Assembly (NCBI GenBank): GCA_965198175.1
Contig: OZ240245.1
Span: 3,072,001-3,136,000, forward strand
Reading direction: 5' to 3'
Source of the DNA: Candidatus Poribacteria bacterium
GTDB lineage: Bacteria; Poribacteria; WGA-4E; PCPOR2b
DNA: 64,000 bases
Position 1 is the first letter of the stretch. The number at the start of each line of letters is the position of its first letter. The notes beneath the pieces were generated by a model. That model ran no database searches. It was given only the letters and a program-made list of their open reading frames with translations, and was not told the origin of the DNA. This document shows, piece after piece, positions 40,180 through 49,717 of the stretch. The position numbers and the translations under genes are program-made.

Positions 40180-41211
40180 ATGCCAGCGAATCTTCCTCCT
40201 GAATACTACAAACTCAAGCACCAACTTGAGGTGGCAAGGACTGATGATGAACGGCTCCCACTGTTGGAGGAGATGCTGCGGATTACACCGAAACACAAGG
40301 GTACGGACAAAGTTCGTGTGGATCTCCGGCGGCGAATCACAAAGCTGAAAAAGGGGGAGGGGAAAAAACAGGCGAAAAAAGGGCACAGCTATCATGTTCC
40401 AAAGCACGGAGCAGGACAAATTGCCCTGATTGGTGCTCCAAACGTTGGGAAGTCACAAATCGTAGCTAGCTTTACGAACGCTAAGCCCGCCGTTTCGCCA
40501 GCTCCTTATACAACGTTTGAACCAGCCGTTGGGATGCTAGATTATGAAAACATTCAATTTCAACTGATTGACATACCACCAATCACGGCGGACTTCGTGC
40601 AGCCTTGGGTGTTTGACATCGTAAGAAATGCCGATCTTCTGGCGCTAGTGCTTAGTCTTGCCAGCGATGACATACTCGATCAGATTGACAGTGTCAGATC
40701 GGAATTGATTGAAGCAAATATCCTAATTGTTGGTCAAATACATCACAGGCAGCAGGACATAGAGGAAACATCAAATAGTGATGTCGACAATGCGGATTCC
40801 TTCACTGCTAAATTTACCAAACGTGCCTTAATCGTTGCGAACCAGATGGATAATCAAGACGCATCGGATCGATTGGAGATTCTGCGCGAGTTCTACGCCG
40901 ACGATTTCCCAATCTATCCCCTTTCTGCGATAACCGGCGAAGAAATTGATGAGCTACGGATAGCAATCTATGAACAAATGGAAATCTTGCGCGTTTACAC
41001 CAAATCGCCGGCAGAACCAGTTGACCCCAAGGATCCAATTGTACTCCCGATTAATGGCACAGTGATTGAGGCAGCTACGATGCTGCACAAAGACTTCGCA
41101 GAGAACTTCAAGTATGCGCGAATCTGGGGTGTCAACTGGCATGACGGACAGACCGTTAGCCGTGATGACGTTGTTTACGACGGAGATGTTTTGGAATTTC
41201 ATATGCATTAA
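40180..41211 (+). CDS. DRG/OBG-family GTPase with TGS domain
   Basis: MPANLPPEY, PKHKGT, G1 GAPNVGKS, G2 YTT, DIPP, C-terminal TGS (RVYTK...YARIWG...DGDVLEFH). Confidence 0.92.
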   Translation: MPANLPPEYYKLKHQLEVARTDDERLPLLEEMLRITPKHKGTDKVRVDLRRRITKLKKGEGKKQAKKGHSYHVPKHGAGQIALIGAPNVGKSQIVASFTNAKPAVSPAPYTTFEPAVGMLDYENIQFQLIDIPPITADFVQPWVFDIVRNADLLALVLSLASDDILDQIDSVRSELIEANILIVGQIHHRQQDIEETSNSDVDNADSFTAKFTKRALIVANQMDNQDASDRLEILREFYADDFPIYPLSAITGEEIDELRIAIYEQMEILRVYTKSPAEPVDPKDPIVLPINGTVIEAATMLHKDFAENFKYARIWGVNWHDGQTVSRDDVVYDGDVLEFHMH

Positions 41212-41312
41212 GTTCAGTTACCCGACTTGCCGTGTCCGAATTTACGTCACTCCCAGTGGAGCTTTCACAACACAAAATGGCTGGCGAGTAAAAATTTAGG
41301 TGGGCGAAGGAA

Positions 41313-44114
41313 ATGCGGATAATACTTGTCTTCATGGCGATCGGTTTAATAGTGCTAAATGGCTGTGACAGCCATAATGATGAAGTGGCAGTGTATATCA
41401 AGCAGTTAAAAGGTGAGGATAAACATCTCCGCTGGGAGGCTGCAGAGGTATTGGGACAATTTGGAGATGCGCGGGCGGTAAAGCCACTATTGGATGTCCT
41501 TGAGGATCAGGAGGAAGATTGTAATGTCCGCGAGAGTGTCGCGATTGCCTTGGGTCAACTGGGTGACAAACGGGCAGCGAAACCGCTGATTGCGGTCCTG
41601 AAAGATGCGGGCGACAGTGTGCGCAGTAGCGCCGCTTTTGCGTTGGGACAGCTTGGGGAGGCGCAAGCGATGGAACCGTTAATTGCGGCGTTGAAGGATG
41701 AACAGCGTGCTGTGCGCAATAGTGCCGCAATCGCATTGGGCCATCTCGGCGATGCACGGGCATCAGAGGCTCTGCTAGCTATCATTAAGGAAGACATTTT
41801 GACTCGCCCGTTTGCTGCCCTTGCCTTGGGGCAACTTGAGGATAAGCGGGCGGTTGAACCGCTGATTGCAGCACTTAGAGATGGAACTCCTTTTGTCCGG
41901 GACGCCGCTGCTTCGGTGCTCGGAAAACTTGGCGATAAGCGCGCAGTATCACCACTGATTACTGCTCTCGGCGACGGTGAAAGTTCTGTCCGGGAAAGGG
42001 CTGCGGCTGCTTTGGAACAGCTTGGAAAACCAGCGATAGCACCACTGATTGCCACTCTTGTAGAAGGGGATGTTTTGGTTCACGCTGCTGCCATCTCAAC
42101 GCTAGAGCGGCTGGGCGAACCGGCAGTTGAGCCGCTGCTTGCCGTTCTCAAGGATGTGAAACGACCTGTCCGCGCCGACGCGGCGCGAATACTAGGACGG
42201 ATTGGAGACCTACGAGCAGTGGAACCGCTGATTGTGCTATCCAGCGATGAGAATAGCGTTGTCCGCAATAACGTTGTAATTGCGTTGGGACGACTTGGCG
42301 ACAAGCGCGCAGTAGAACCGCTGATTACCGCCCTCAAAGATGAGAAGGGTTCCATTCGCAGTAGCGCTGTAATCGCATTGGAGCAGCTTAATGACAAGCG
42401 ATCGGTGCAGGCTTTGGTTGTTGCGCTTAAAGATAAGAATTGGGGAGGTCGTATGAATGCCGCCCGCGCCTTAGGTACACTTGGCGATAATCGCGCGGTG
42501 GAGCCATTGCTTGCTGCGCTACAGGACGGGGATGCGAAAGTCCACGAACAGGCTGCCAAAGCGCTAGGGCAGCTTGGCGATAATCGCGCAGTAGAACCGC
42601 TAATTGCTGCGCTTGAGGAACAAGATTGGGCGGTTCGTTTTGGGGCTGCCAAAGCGTTAGGCCGGCTTGGCGATGAGCGCGCAGTAGAACCGCTAATTGC
42701 TGCACTTGAATATAAAGACTGGAGGTTTTGCTGGCATGTTGCACGTGCTTTAGGACAGCTCGGCAAACCGGCGACAAATCCACTGATTGCTGTGCTTGAA
42801 GATAAGGACCAAAAAAAAATCGTCCGTCGCAGCGCCGCCTATGCGTTGGGTCGGCTTGGAGACAAGCGATCCGTGCAGCCACTGCTCGGTGCACTTAAAG
42901 ATGAAGCCCCGCGTGTCCGTCTTGAAGCTGCGTTTGCATTGGGCTATCTTGGCGACCAGCGTGCAATGAAGCCGCTGGTCGCAGCCCTTAAGAATGAGAA
43001 TTGGCAGGTCCGCTGGAATGCCGTTGTTGCATTGGGTGCACTTGGGGATAAGAGCGCGACGGAGACGCTCCTTGAAGTGCTGAAAAATGGACATGTCCGC
43101 AATTCGGAAGAAGGGAATTTTAGAAATATGCTTGTCTCTACATTGGGACAACTTGGTGACGATCGAGCGGTACAGCCGCTGATTGCTGTTCTCAGAAACA
43201 AAAAAAAGTATTATAACAACGACACAGGAGAAAGCTACAGTTATATCCGCAAAAATGCTGCTATCACGCTAGGACAGTTGGGTGACAAGCGGGCAGTGGA
43301 GCCGTTGTTTGACGCGCTTAAAGACGAGGAAGTGCGCTATATGGCTGCGGTTGGGTTAGCGCATCTAGGCGACAGGCGGGCAGTGGCACCGCTGCTTGAT
43401 GCACTCAAAGATGGGGAAGTGCGGTATATGGCGGCAATAGGGTTGGGAGAGCTTGGGGACAAACGCGCAATGGAATTGTTGATTGATGCGCTCAAGGATG
43501 ATGATGAGGCGATGCGCTATATGGCTGGCACTGTATTGGGGCATCTGGGGGATAGACGCGCGGTGGCGCCCCTGATTGCTGCCCTCAAAGATGAAAGTCG
43601 GAAGGTCCGCTGCATTGCTGCGAAAGCACTGGGACAACTTCGAGATGAAAAGGCGATCCCTGAATTGGAACAGGTGATAAGGAGGGATGCAGATGAACAT
43701 ATCTGCAATACTGCGACAGCTAGCGTGAACAATATTCTAGCTTGGTCCCTTGCAAACTCAGATACCAGGTTGGATGAAGCGGGGTCCTTGGTGAAGAAAG
43801 CGATAGCGCTTCAGGCAGATGCCCCAACTTTTTATGATACGCTCGGCTGGGTACTCTACAAACAGGGCAAGCATACAGAAGCGATTGCCGCCTTCGAAAA
43901 CGCAATAAAAGGACATCCTGATTTAGCCTCGGCGCATTATCATTTGGGGTTGGCGTGTCTGAAGAATAACCAGCGAGAGAAAGCGCTGGGGGAACTCAAA
44001 ACTGCTTTTGATTTGGACGATTCATATCGCAAACGAGTGGAGCACGAGAAGGTGATAGAAAAGTTCCGGGACACCCCCGACTTTCAAAGGCTATTGACAC
44101 AAGATAAGAGTTGA
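41313..44114 (+). CDS. HEAT-repeat lipoprotein with C-terminal TPRs
   Basis: Lipobox LNGC; more than 20 repeats of DxRAVEPLIxALKD...VRxxAAxALGxLG; TPR motifs YDTLGWVLY and AHYHLGLA. Confidence 0.92.
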   Translation: MRIILVFMAIGLIVLNGCDSHNDEVAVYIKQLKGEDKHLRWEAAEVLGQFGDARAVKPLLDVLEDQEEDCNVRESVAIALGQLGDKRAAKPLIAVLKDAGDSVRSSAAFALGQLGEAQAMEPLIAALKDEQRAVRNSAAIALGHLGDARASEALLAIIKEDILTRPFAALALGQLEDKRAVEPLIAALRDGTPFVRDAAASVLGKLGDKRAVSPLITALGDGESSVRERAAAALEQLGKPAIAPLIATLVEGDVLVHAAAISTLERLGEPAVEPLLAVLKDVKRPVRADAARILGRIGDLRAVEPLIVLSSDENSVVRNNVVIALGRLGDKRAVEPLITALKDEKGSIRSSAVIALEQLNDKRSVQALVVALKDKNWGGRMNAARALGTLGDNRAVEPLLAALQDGDAKVHEQAAKALGQLGDNRAVEPLIAALEEQDWAVRFGAAKALGRLGDERAVEPLIAALEYKDWRFCWHVARALGQLGKPATNPLIAVLEDKDQKKIVRRSAAYALGRLGDKRSVQPLLGALKDEAPRVRLEAAFALGYLGDQRAMKPLVAALKNENWQVRWNAVVALGALGDKSATETLLEVLKNGHVRNSEEGNFRNMLVSTLGQLGDDRAVQPLIAVLRNKKKYYNNDTGESYSYIRKNAAITLGQLGDKRAVEPLFDALKDEEVRYMAAVGLAHLGDRRAVAPLLDALKDGEVRYMAAIGLGELGDKRAMELLIDALKDDDEAMRYMAGTVLGHLGDRRAVAPLIAALKDESRKVRCIAAKALGQLRDEKAIPELEQVIRRDADEHICNTATASVNNILAWSLANSDTRLDEAGSLVKKAIALQADAPTFYDTLGWVLYKQGKHTEAIAAFENAIKGHPDLASAHYHLGLACLKNNQREKALGELKTAFDLDDSYRKRVEHEKVIEKFRDTPDFQRLLTQDKS

Positions 44115-44294
44115 GATAACAGTTTGGTTCACAAATTTTCCACAGCGACGACTTACCTCATTCACGAAATCAACACACAGTTATGTAGTTACGTAGGAGC
44201 AATCTTTGCGCACGACGTTCACTAGGAGGCATCTTTCTTCCCTCTCACCCATTTAAAGCGAATCCTTCAAAGAGGAAAAGCGGAGTATAACAAC

Positions 44295-46058
44295 ATGCGA
44301 AGTCACAAGGCTGTTTCCATCTTTATCCTCATTTTCACGATGACACTTGGCAACATGAAACTAGCATCGACCGAGGGAACACAGAGCGAATTGGCGAAGT
44401 ATATCCAACAGTTGAAGAGTACAGACAAGGATGCACGTAAAGCAGCATCGGAGGCATTGGGAGCGCTTGGCGATCAGCAAGCAGTCGCTCCACTGCTCGA
44501 TCGCCTCAAGGATAAAAGCGAGAACCGTGATGTCCGTGAGAGCGCCGCGGTTGCACTCGGGCAGCTTGGCGACAAGGGGGCAGTCGAACTGCTGCTGGCT
44601 GTCCTTGAGGACAAAAAGGAAAGGCGCAATGTCCGCGAAAGTGCTGCCATTGCACTTGGACAGCTTGGCGATCCGCGAGTTGTTGAATCACTGATTGCGG
44701 TTCTGAAGGACAAAAACAGTAGGGTACGAAGCAGCACTGCCTTCGCGTTGGGACAACTTGGCAATACACGCGCCACAGAACCACTAATTCGGGCGCTCAA
44801 GGATAAGAAAAATGATGTCCGCCTTGCAGCTGCGGTTGCGCTGGGGCATCTTGGAGACACACAAGCGGTGGAGTCACTGCTGACTGTCATCAAAAAAGAT
44901 AACTTTACTCGCCCATTTGCCGCCCTAGCATTGGGACAGCTTGGCGATAAACGGGCAGTAGAACCGTTGATTGAGGCGCTAAAAGATCAGAGTCCCTTGG
45001 TTCGTGAAGCTGCAGCTTCCGTGTTAGGACAACTTGGAGATCTGCGATCGGGAAAGCCTCTGGTTGCCGCACTCAATGATGAGGCGTCTATCCGCGACAA
45101 GGCTGCGGAGGCATTGGTAGAGCTCGGTGAACCGGCGATTGCACTGCTGATTCCGGTCCTCCAGAATGAAAATCTTCTAGTCCGTGCCACGGCGGCTTCA
45201 GCATTGGAGAAACTTGGTCCAGCCGCGGTGGAGCCACTGTTGGCAATTTTTGAAGATGAGAACAGTCCTATCCGCGCTGAGGCGGCGAGCGTATTGGGAC
45301 GGCTTGGCGACCAACGGGCAGTCGAGCCACTCATTGACGCCCTTCAGGACGAAAGGAGTTCCGTCCGCGTGAGCGTTGTGGTTGCTTTGGGCGCACTTGG
45401 CGACAAACGCGCGGTGCAACCGCTCATTACGATGCTCAAAGACGAGAAGGATTTTATTCGGAGTAGCGCAGTGATTGCTTTAGGTCGCGTTGGCGGCAAG
45501 CAAGCGGTACAGCCGCTCATTGCAGCGCTCAAAGCGGAGGCTGAAAATGTTCGCCGAAGCGCTGCCTTCGCGCTGGGCGATCTCGGTGACATCCAAGCGC
45601 TTCCTGAACTTGAACGATTAGCAAAAGAAGATCCAGATGCACATGTCCGGGAGTATGCAACAGCTAGTCTCGACACGTTAGCCTGGTCCTTTGCAGATGC
45701 AGGGATACATCTGGAGGAAGCGGAATCGATCGCAAGGAAAACTTTACAAAGCGAACCCAACAATGCGACTTTTCACGATACACTCGGTTGGGTGCTCTAC
45801 AAACGAGGTCGGCATACGGAAGCAATAACTTCCTTAGAAAGGGCAGTGGAGTTGGGGAGCTATTTGGCATCCGCCCATTATCATTTGGGTCTTGCGTATC
45901 TAAAAACCAATAACCGTGAAAAAGCAATGGCTGCATTTGAAACCGCTTTTGCGCAAGACAAAACCTATCGCGAGGCAGCAAAGACTGAGAGTGCGCTGGA
46001 AGAATTTCGCAACAACCCTGAATTCCAACGACTCATTAGCCAAGGTAGCAGAGACTAG
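44295..46058 (+). CDS. HEAT-repeat/TPR secreted protein (shorter paralog)
   Basis: Signal peptide; same repeat order and shared TRPFAALALGQL and DTLGWVLYK segments. Confidence 0.92.
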   Translation: MRSHKAVSIFILIFTMTLGNMKLASTEGTQSELAKYIQQLKSTDKDARKAASEALGALGDQQAVAPLLDRLKDKSENRDVRESAAVALGQLGDKGAVELLLAVLEDKKERRNVRESAAIALGQLGDPRVVESLIAVLKDKNSRVRSSTAFALGQLGNTRATEPLIRALKDKKNDVRLAAAVALGHLGDTQAVESLLTVIKKDNFTRPFAALALGQLGDKRAVEPLIEALKDQSPLVREAAASVLGQLGDLRSGKPLVAALNDEASIRDKAAEALVELGEPAIALLIPVLQNENLLVRATAASALEKLGPAAVEPLLAIFEDENSPIRAEAASVLGRLGDQRAVEPLIDALQDERSSVRVSVVVALGALGDKRAVQPLITMLKDEKDFIRSSAVIALGRVGGKQAVQPLIAALKAEAENVRRSAAFALGDLGDIQALPELERLAKEDPDAHVREYATASLDTLAWSFADAGIHLEEAESIARKTLQSEPNNATFHDTLGWVLYKRGRHTEAITSLERAVELGSYLASAHYHLGLAYLKTNNREKAMAAFETAFAQDKTYREAAKTESALEEFRNNPEFQRLISQGSRD

Positions 46059-46191
46059 GTTAGTTTGCCATGAACGCGGGTTCACCGCCCGACAATACAA
46101 ATCGTGAATGGCGCTTGGTATTGAATATTGCGGAAGGTGCGAGTCCATTTGATCGTAATATTCGCGCTCGATTTTCAAGGCAGGTGATACC

Positions 46192-47751
46192 GTGCTACGT
46201 CACAAGCGTACCTCCCCCTTTTTAATCTGCTCACTCATCATTCACCTGCTTATCCTGCTCATCTTATCCCAGCTTTGGTATGAGCAATACCAGACTCCAC
46301 CTGTTCATGATGAAATTGCAATCGACATTACCCACTTGCCACGTCTAGAAGTCCAGCCTCGCAAACGTCAAAAGCTACCCGCGCCGACACTGGCTGCCAA
46401 GCCCGCAGAAGTAGTTGAGAAGCTCTCCCCACCCAAGCCAAAGCCTGCCCCTGATTCGGATGGGGCGCTGGCACACTCCTTTGGCAAAACGGATCAGCGG
46501 GAGACAATCCCCGCAAAAAGGGAACTGTCAGCCAATTTCAACCGTATTCGGTTGAATTCTCGGTCCCGCGTATCTAAAGCCGCGCATCCAATACCCCAGG
46601 CAATCACTGCCACGATTGCGCCTCTACAACCGAGGAATTCAGAAGTTGTTACACCCCCGGCAAAAAACGAAAATATCAGCATGGGTGAATCGGGCGGAGA
46701 CTTGAACGCACACTCTCCGGAAGTCGGCCCAGTGAAGATGCGGTATCAGCACACGCGAGGCGCAGTGCTCAGCGGGGCGCCTGTAGGAAACACATTCGGC
46801 GGTAGTGCGATGGGGCGCGCTCATGGAAATTACATTGAGATGATGACCGACCTCGCACAAGATATAGCCGAGGCTGCAACCACGTCCGAAATCGATCTCG
46901 TCTTCATCGTCGACAAGACGGGGAGCATGGAAGACAATGTGCGTGGGATTCGGGCATATACCGATCTCTTTTTCGAGTATCTTGCGCGAGCGGGACATGA
47001 CACAGCAGTTGGTCTAGTCACTTTTTCCGATGCAACGGAAGAAAAACCTAAAGCGCGCGGCGTTACCGACAATCACAGCAAATTTAGAAATTGGCTCCAC
47101 AAGATTAAATTTGAGGGTGGCGGAGATCTTCTTGAATCCGGGTTAGACGCCCTGATGACAGCGGTGCACGAGATAAAATTTCGGAAGGGTGGGCAACGAT
47201 TCTTCATATTCGCTAGTGACGGCGCATTCCATGATGCCGATTACGATGGGAAATCTGAGTATAGCCTCGATCAGGTCATCGAAACATTGCAGCGCGAGCG
47301 CATTCGTGTCAACGTCCTCGGACTTGACTACTTGCCCGTTAAACAGATCGCTTGGGGCACACGGGGTGTCTGGCGAGCAATCCCCGGCAAAGGCTACTTG
47401 GAGTATGTTCCACCGATAACAATGACAGCCAAAATGCTTTCTGAATTTGGCATACTCGGTTACAATAAGAACTCGCTCGCGGATGAATTGGTCGTTTATG
47501 TCAATCGCAGCCCTCGCCCAAAATGGATCAAAATCTCGTGGAAAATCCTCAATCCCCTCGGCGAAAGATGCTACGGCCCATTCACCGATCAAGAGGCAAT
47601 CTCTAATGATGCCTCTGAGGTCGTAACGCACACCCCTACAATCAATGCGAGCCAATTTGCCACGATGTCGGGTACATACACGGTTATCTACCATCTCGAA
47701 AATGACCTCGGTCACCAAAGCATTCTCCGCAGAGCGTTCGATATACCTTAG
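46192..47751 (+). CDS. Membrane-anchored vWA-domain protein with TonB-like Pro-rich linker
   Basis: N-terminal TM SLIIHLLILL, Pro-rich linker, MIDAS-like IVDKTGSM, GGGDLLESGLDAL, ASDGAFH. Confidence 0.88.
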   Translation: MLRHKRTSPFLICSLIIHLLILLILSQLWYEQYQTPPVHDEIAIDITHLPRLEVQPRKRQKLPAPTLAAKPAEVVEKLSPPKPKPAPDSDGALAHSFGKTDQRETIPAKRELSANFNRIRLNSRSRVSKAAHPIPQAITATIAPLQPRNSEVVTPPAKNENISMGESGGDLNAHSPEVGPVKMRYQHTRGAVLSGAPVGNTFGGSAMGRAHGNYIEMMTDLAQDIAEAATTSEIDLVFIVDKTGSMEDNVRGIRAYTDLFFEYLARAGHDTAVGLVTFSDATEEKPKARGVTDNHSKFRNWLHKIKFEGGGDLLESGLDALMTAVHEIKFRKGGQRFFIFASDGAFHDADYDGKSEYSLDQVIETLQRERIRVNVLGLDYLPVKQIAWGTRGVWRAIPGKGYLEYVPPITMTAKMLSEFGILGYNKNSLADELVVYVNRSPRPKWIKISWKILNPLGERCYGPFTDQEAISNDASEVVTHTPTINASQFATMSGTYTVIYHLENDLGHQSILRRAFDIP

Positions 47752-47927
47752 GAATAAAAATTGATAAACCGCGCTGTGATTGAGTTCGTCATTGTAACAT
47801 AGTTGGCTATTATAGTCACTGCGGCTAAGAATTACACATCACCGCTCAATATTGCGCCGATCAAAAAGGGACGTCAACCCCCAAAACTAGTGAAGACTAT
47901 AGGAAAACTATAGCCCTCCCTGTTCGG

Positions 47928-47983
47928 TCGGTTGATCACTCACTATTTGTTCGCTTGATCGGTCCTTTGCTAGTCGCTTGATC
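47928..47983 (+). repeat. Three TCG(C/G)TTGATC direct repeats at 23-bp period
   Basis: Copies start at 47928, 47951 and 47974. Confidence 0.7.
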
Positions 47984-48089
47984 TATTCGCTCATTTGATG
48001 CCATGAACCGACATCATCCAACCAGACCTATCTATCCGTCAAATCGATGTCACGATATGATTCCAGTACCTGTTCTGACCAAACAAGTC

Positions 48090-48118
48090 TTGACTTTACA
48101 CCGACTGTCTGATACAAT
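48090..48118 (+). promoter_or_regulatory. Sigma70 promoter for the kinase-PorX operon
   Basis: TTGACT-17 bp-TACAAT with extended TG. Confidence 0.75.
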
Positions 48119-48138
48119 ATTGAGGGATTTTCTGTGCC

Positions 48139-49686
48139 TTGGATAGAGGAAGACCGATGTTGTTCAAGCGTAAAAGGATTGTGCCGACTGGCTACGCCGC
48201 GACCAGATTCCTACTAGCCTACTTTATCGTTGGGCTTCTCATTCTGTCACTTGCCTTCGTGTATTATACCAGACAGATCCTGCAACTAGATCGAGCGCTA
48301 GAGGAACAGGTCGGACCGTTGGCAGACCTTGCGGCTGTACTCCCGAAGGTCAAAGAAAGAGAACTTCAAGATCGACTGACGCAAATCGTTAAGCAGTTTC
48401 TGACGGCAAGCCGTCTGTCGTTCATCATCACGGATGCAGTTAACGGGCGAATCGTCATCGCCAAGGGTGTTGATGAAGCAATTGACCGCAAAATCAACAC
48501 CGAGCCGTCTATTGCGTTATCCCCTGTTGAGGAAGCCAAACTCAAGGACGCTTTGGAGCGGATGGAGAGGAAGAATGAACCGGAGTCCATCCAATATAGC
48601 TTCGAAAATCGAGAGCTTTATGCCTATTTTTATCATGGTGACGCTGATGTAACAGCGATAGATCGGATTCCGTTTGTCGTTACGGATTTGAATCGGAAAC
48701 CTCAGATGTGGCGAATCTGGGGTGGAGAGCTCATTACCGCCAAGCGCGCCACACCGGAACAGTCTGCACGGGCTGGAAAGTTGGTCCAGAACTCCAAAGT
48801 GTTCGGACGGGAGGTGCCACTGCAAACCACGCCAGACTTGCGTCAAGGCTATTTTTATTACGAAGCGACGCGCTATTACGGCATCATAATGATGCCAATT
48901 ATCTTAGTATCCGTGTTTGCGACCTTCTTAGCTGTAGGATATTTGAGTTTTCGGCGCATAAGATTTAGTGAACAGGCGGCACTATGGGGCGGACTCGCCA
49001 AGGAAACCGCCCATCAACTGGGAACGCCAATATCCTCTTTGATGGGCTGGTTGGAGTTGCTATCCGCTCGCAATCGTGAGGATGACGACGCAACAGTTGG
49101 GGACATTTATGCAAATATGCATAACGACCTCATTCGATTGCAGAAAATTACAGCACGCTTCGGCAAGATTGGATCTGAGCCGCAAAAAACGGAGGTCAAC
49201 GTCAACGAAGTGATGGGCGATGTCGTTTCGTATTTCCAAAAGCGCTTGCCGAATCGAAACAAATCGGTTGATATCCGGGTCAGTACTTGTGAACTTCCTT
49301 ATGTCTCCGCCAATGCGGAGCTCCTGCAATGGGTCTTTGAGAACCTGATTCGCAATTCGCTTGATGCCCTAGACAAACCGAGCGGTTTTATCGAAATCGA
49401 TCCGAGATTCGATGAGAAGAATTGTCGAATCATCATTCGATACGCGGATAACGGAAAGGGAATAATGCGGAAGGATCGCCGAAAAGTCTTTCACCCCGGT
49501 GTCACAACCAAAAAACACGGATGGGGGCTCGGATTAACACTTGTCAAGCGTATTGTTGAGGCGCATCATCATGGGAGAATCCGGTTGGTCGACTCCGGAC
49601 CTAATGGAACAACCTTTGAAATTGTGCTGCCAATCGGGACAATTTCCGGTGGGAAACGCGGAGAAACCTTGTTCATGAGTCCCTGA
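48139..49686 (+). CDS. Sensor histidine kinase, PorY-like
   Basis: Two TM helices, H-box WGGLAKETAHQLGTPISSL, N-box ENLIRNSLDA, DNGKG, TTKKHGWGLGL; probable start is the ATG at 48157. Confidence 0.9.
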   Translation: MDRGRPMLFKRKRIVPTGYAATRFLLAYFIVGLLILSLAFVYYTRQILQLDRALEEQVGPLADLAAVLPKVKERELQDRLTQIVKQFLTASRLSFIITDAVNGRIVIAKGVDEAIDRKINTEPSIALSPVEEAKLKDALERMERKNEPESIQYSFENRELYAYFYHGDADVTAIDRIPFVVTDLNRKPQMWRIWGGELITAKRATPEQSARAGKLVQNSKVFGREVPLQTTPDLRQGYFYYEATRYYGIIMMPIILVSVFATFLAVGYLSFRRIRFSEQAALWGGLAKETAHQLGTPISSLMGWLELLSARNREDDDATVGDIYANMHNDLIRLQKITARFGKIGSEPQKTEVNVNEVMGDVVSYFQKRLPNRNKSVDIRVSTCELPYVSANAELLQWVFENLIRNSLDALDKPSGFIEIDPRFDEKNCRIIIRYADNGKGIMRKDRRKVFHPGVTTKKHGWGLGLTLVKRIVEAHHHGRIRLVDSGPNGTTFEIVLPIGTISGGKRGETLFMSP

Positions 49687-49717
49687 AATTGAAAGATTAA
49701 AAGGGAGAAGGGGTGAG

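Noticed and set aside
41398..45981. Many long antisense ORFs across the HEAT genes
   Set aside because: Mirror-frame artefacts of Ala/Leu-rich repeats, with no RBS or domain signal.
47928..47983. Mini-CRISPR
   Set aside because: 10-bp repeats with 13-bp spacers are far too short, and no cas genes are present.
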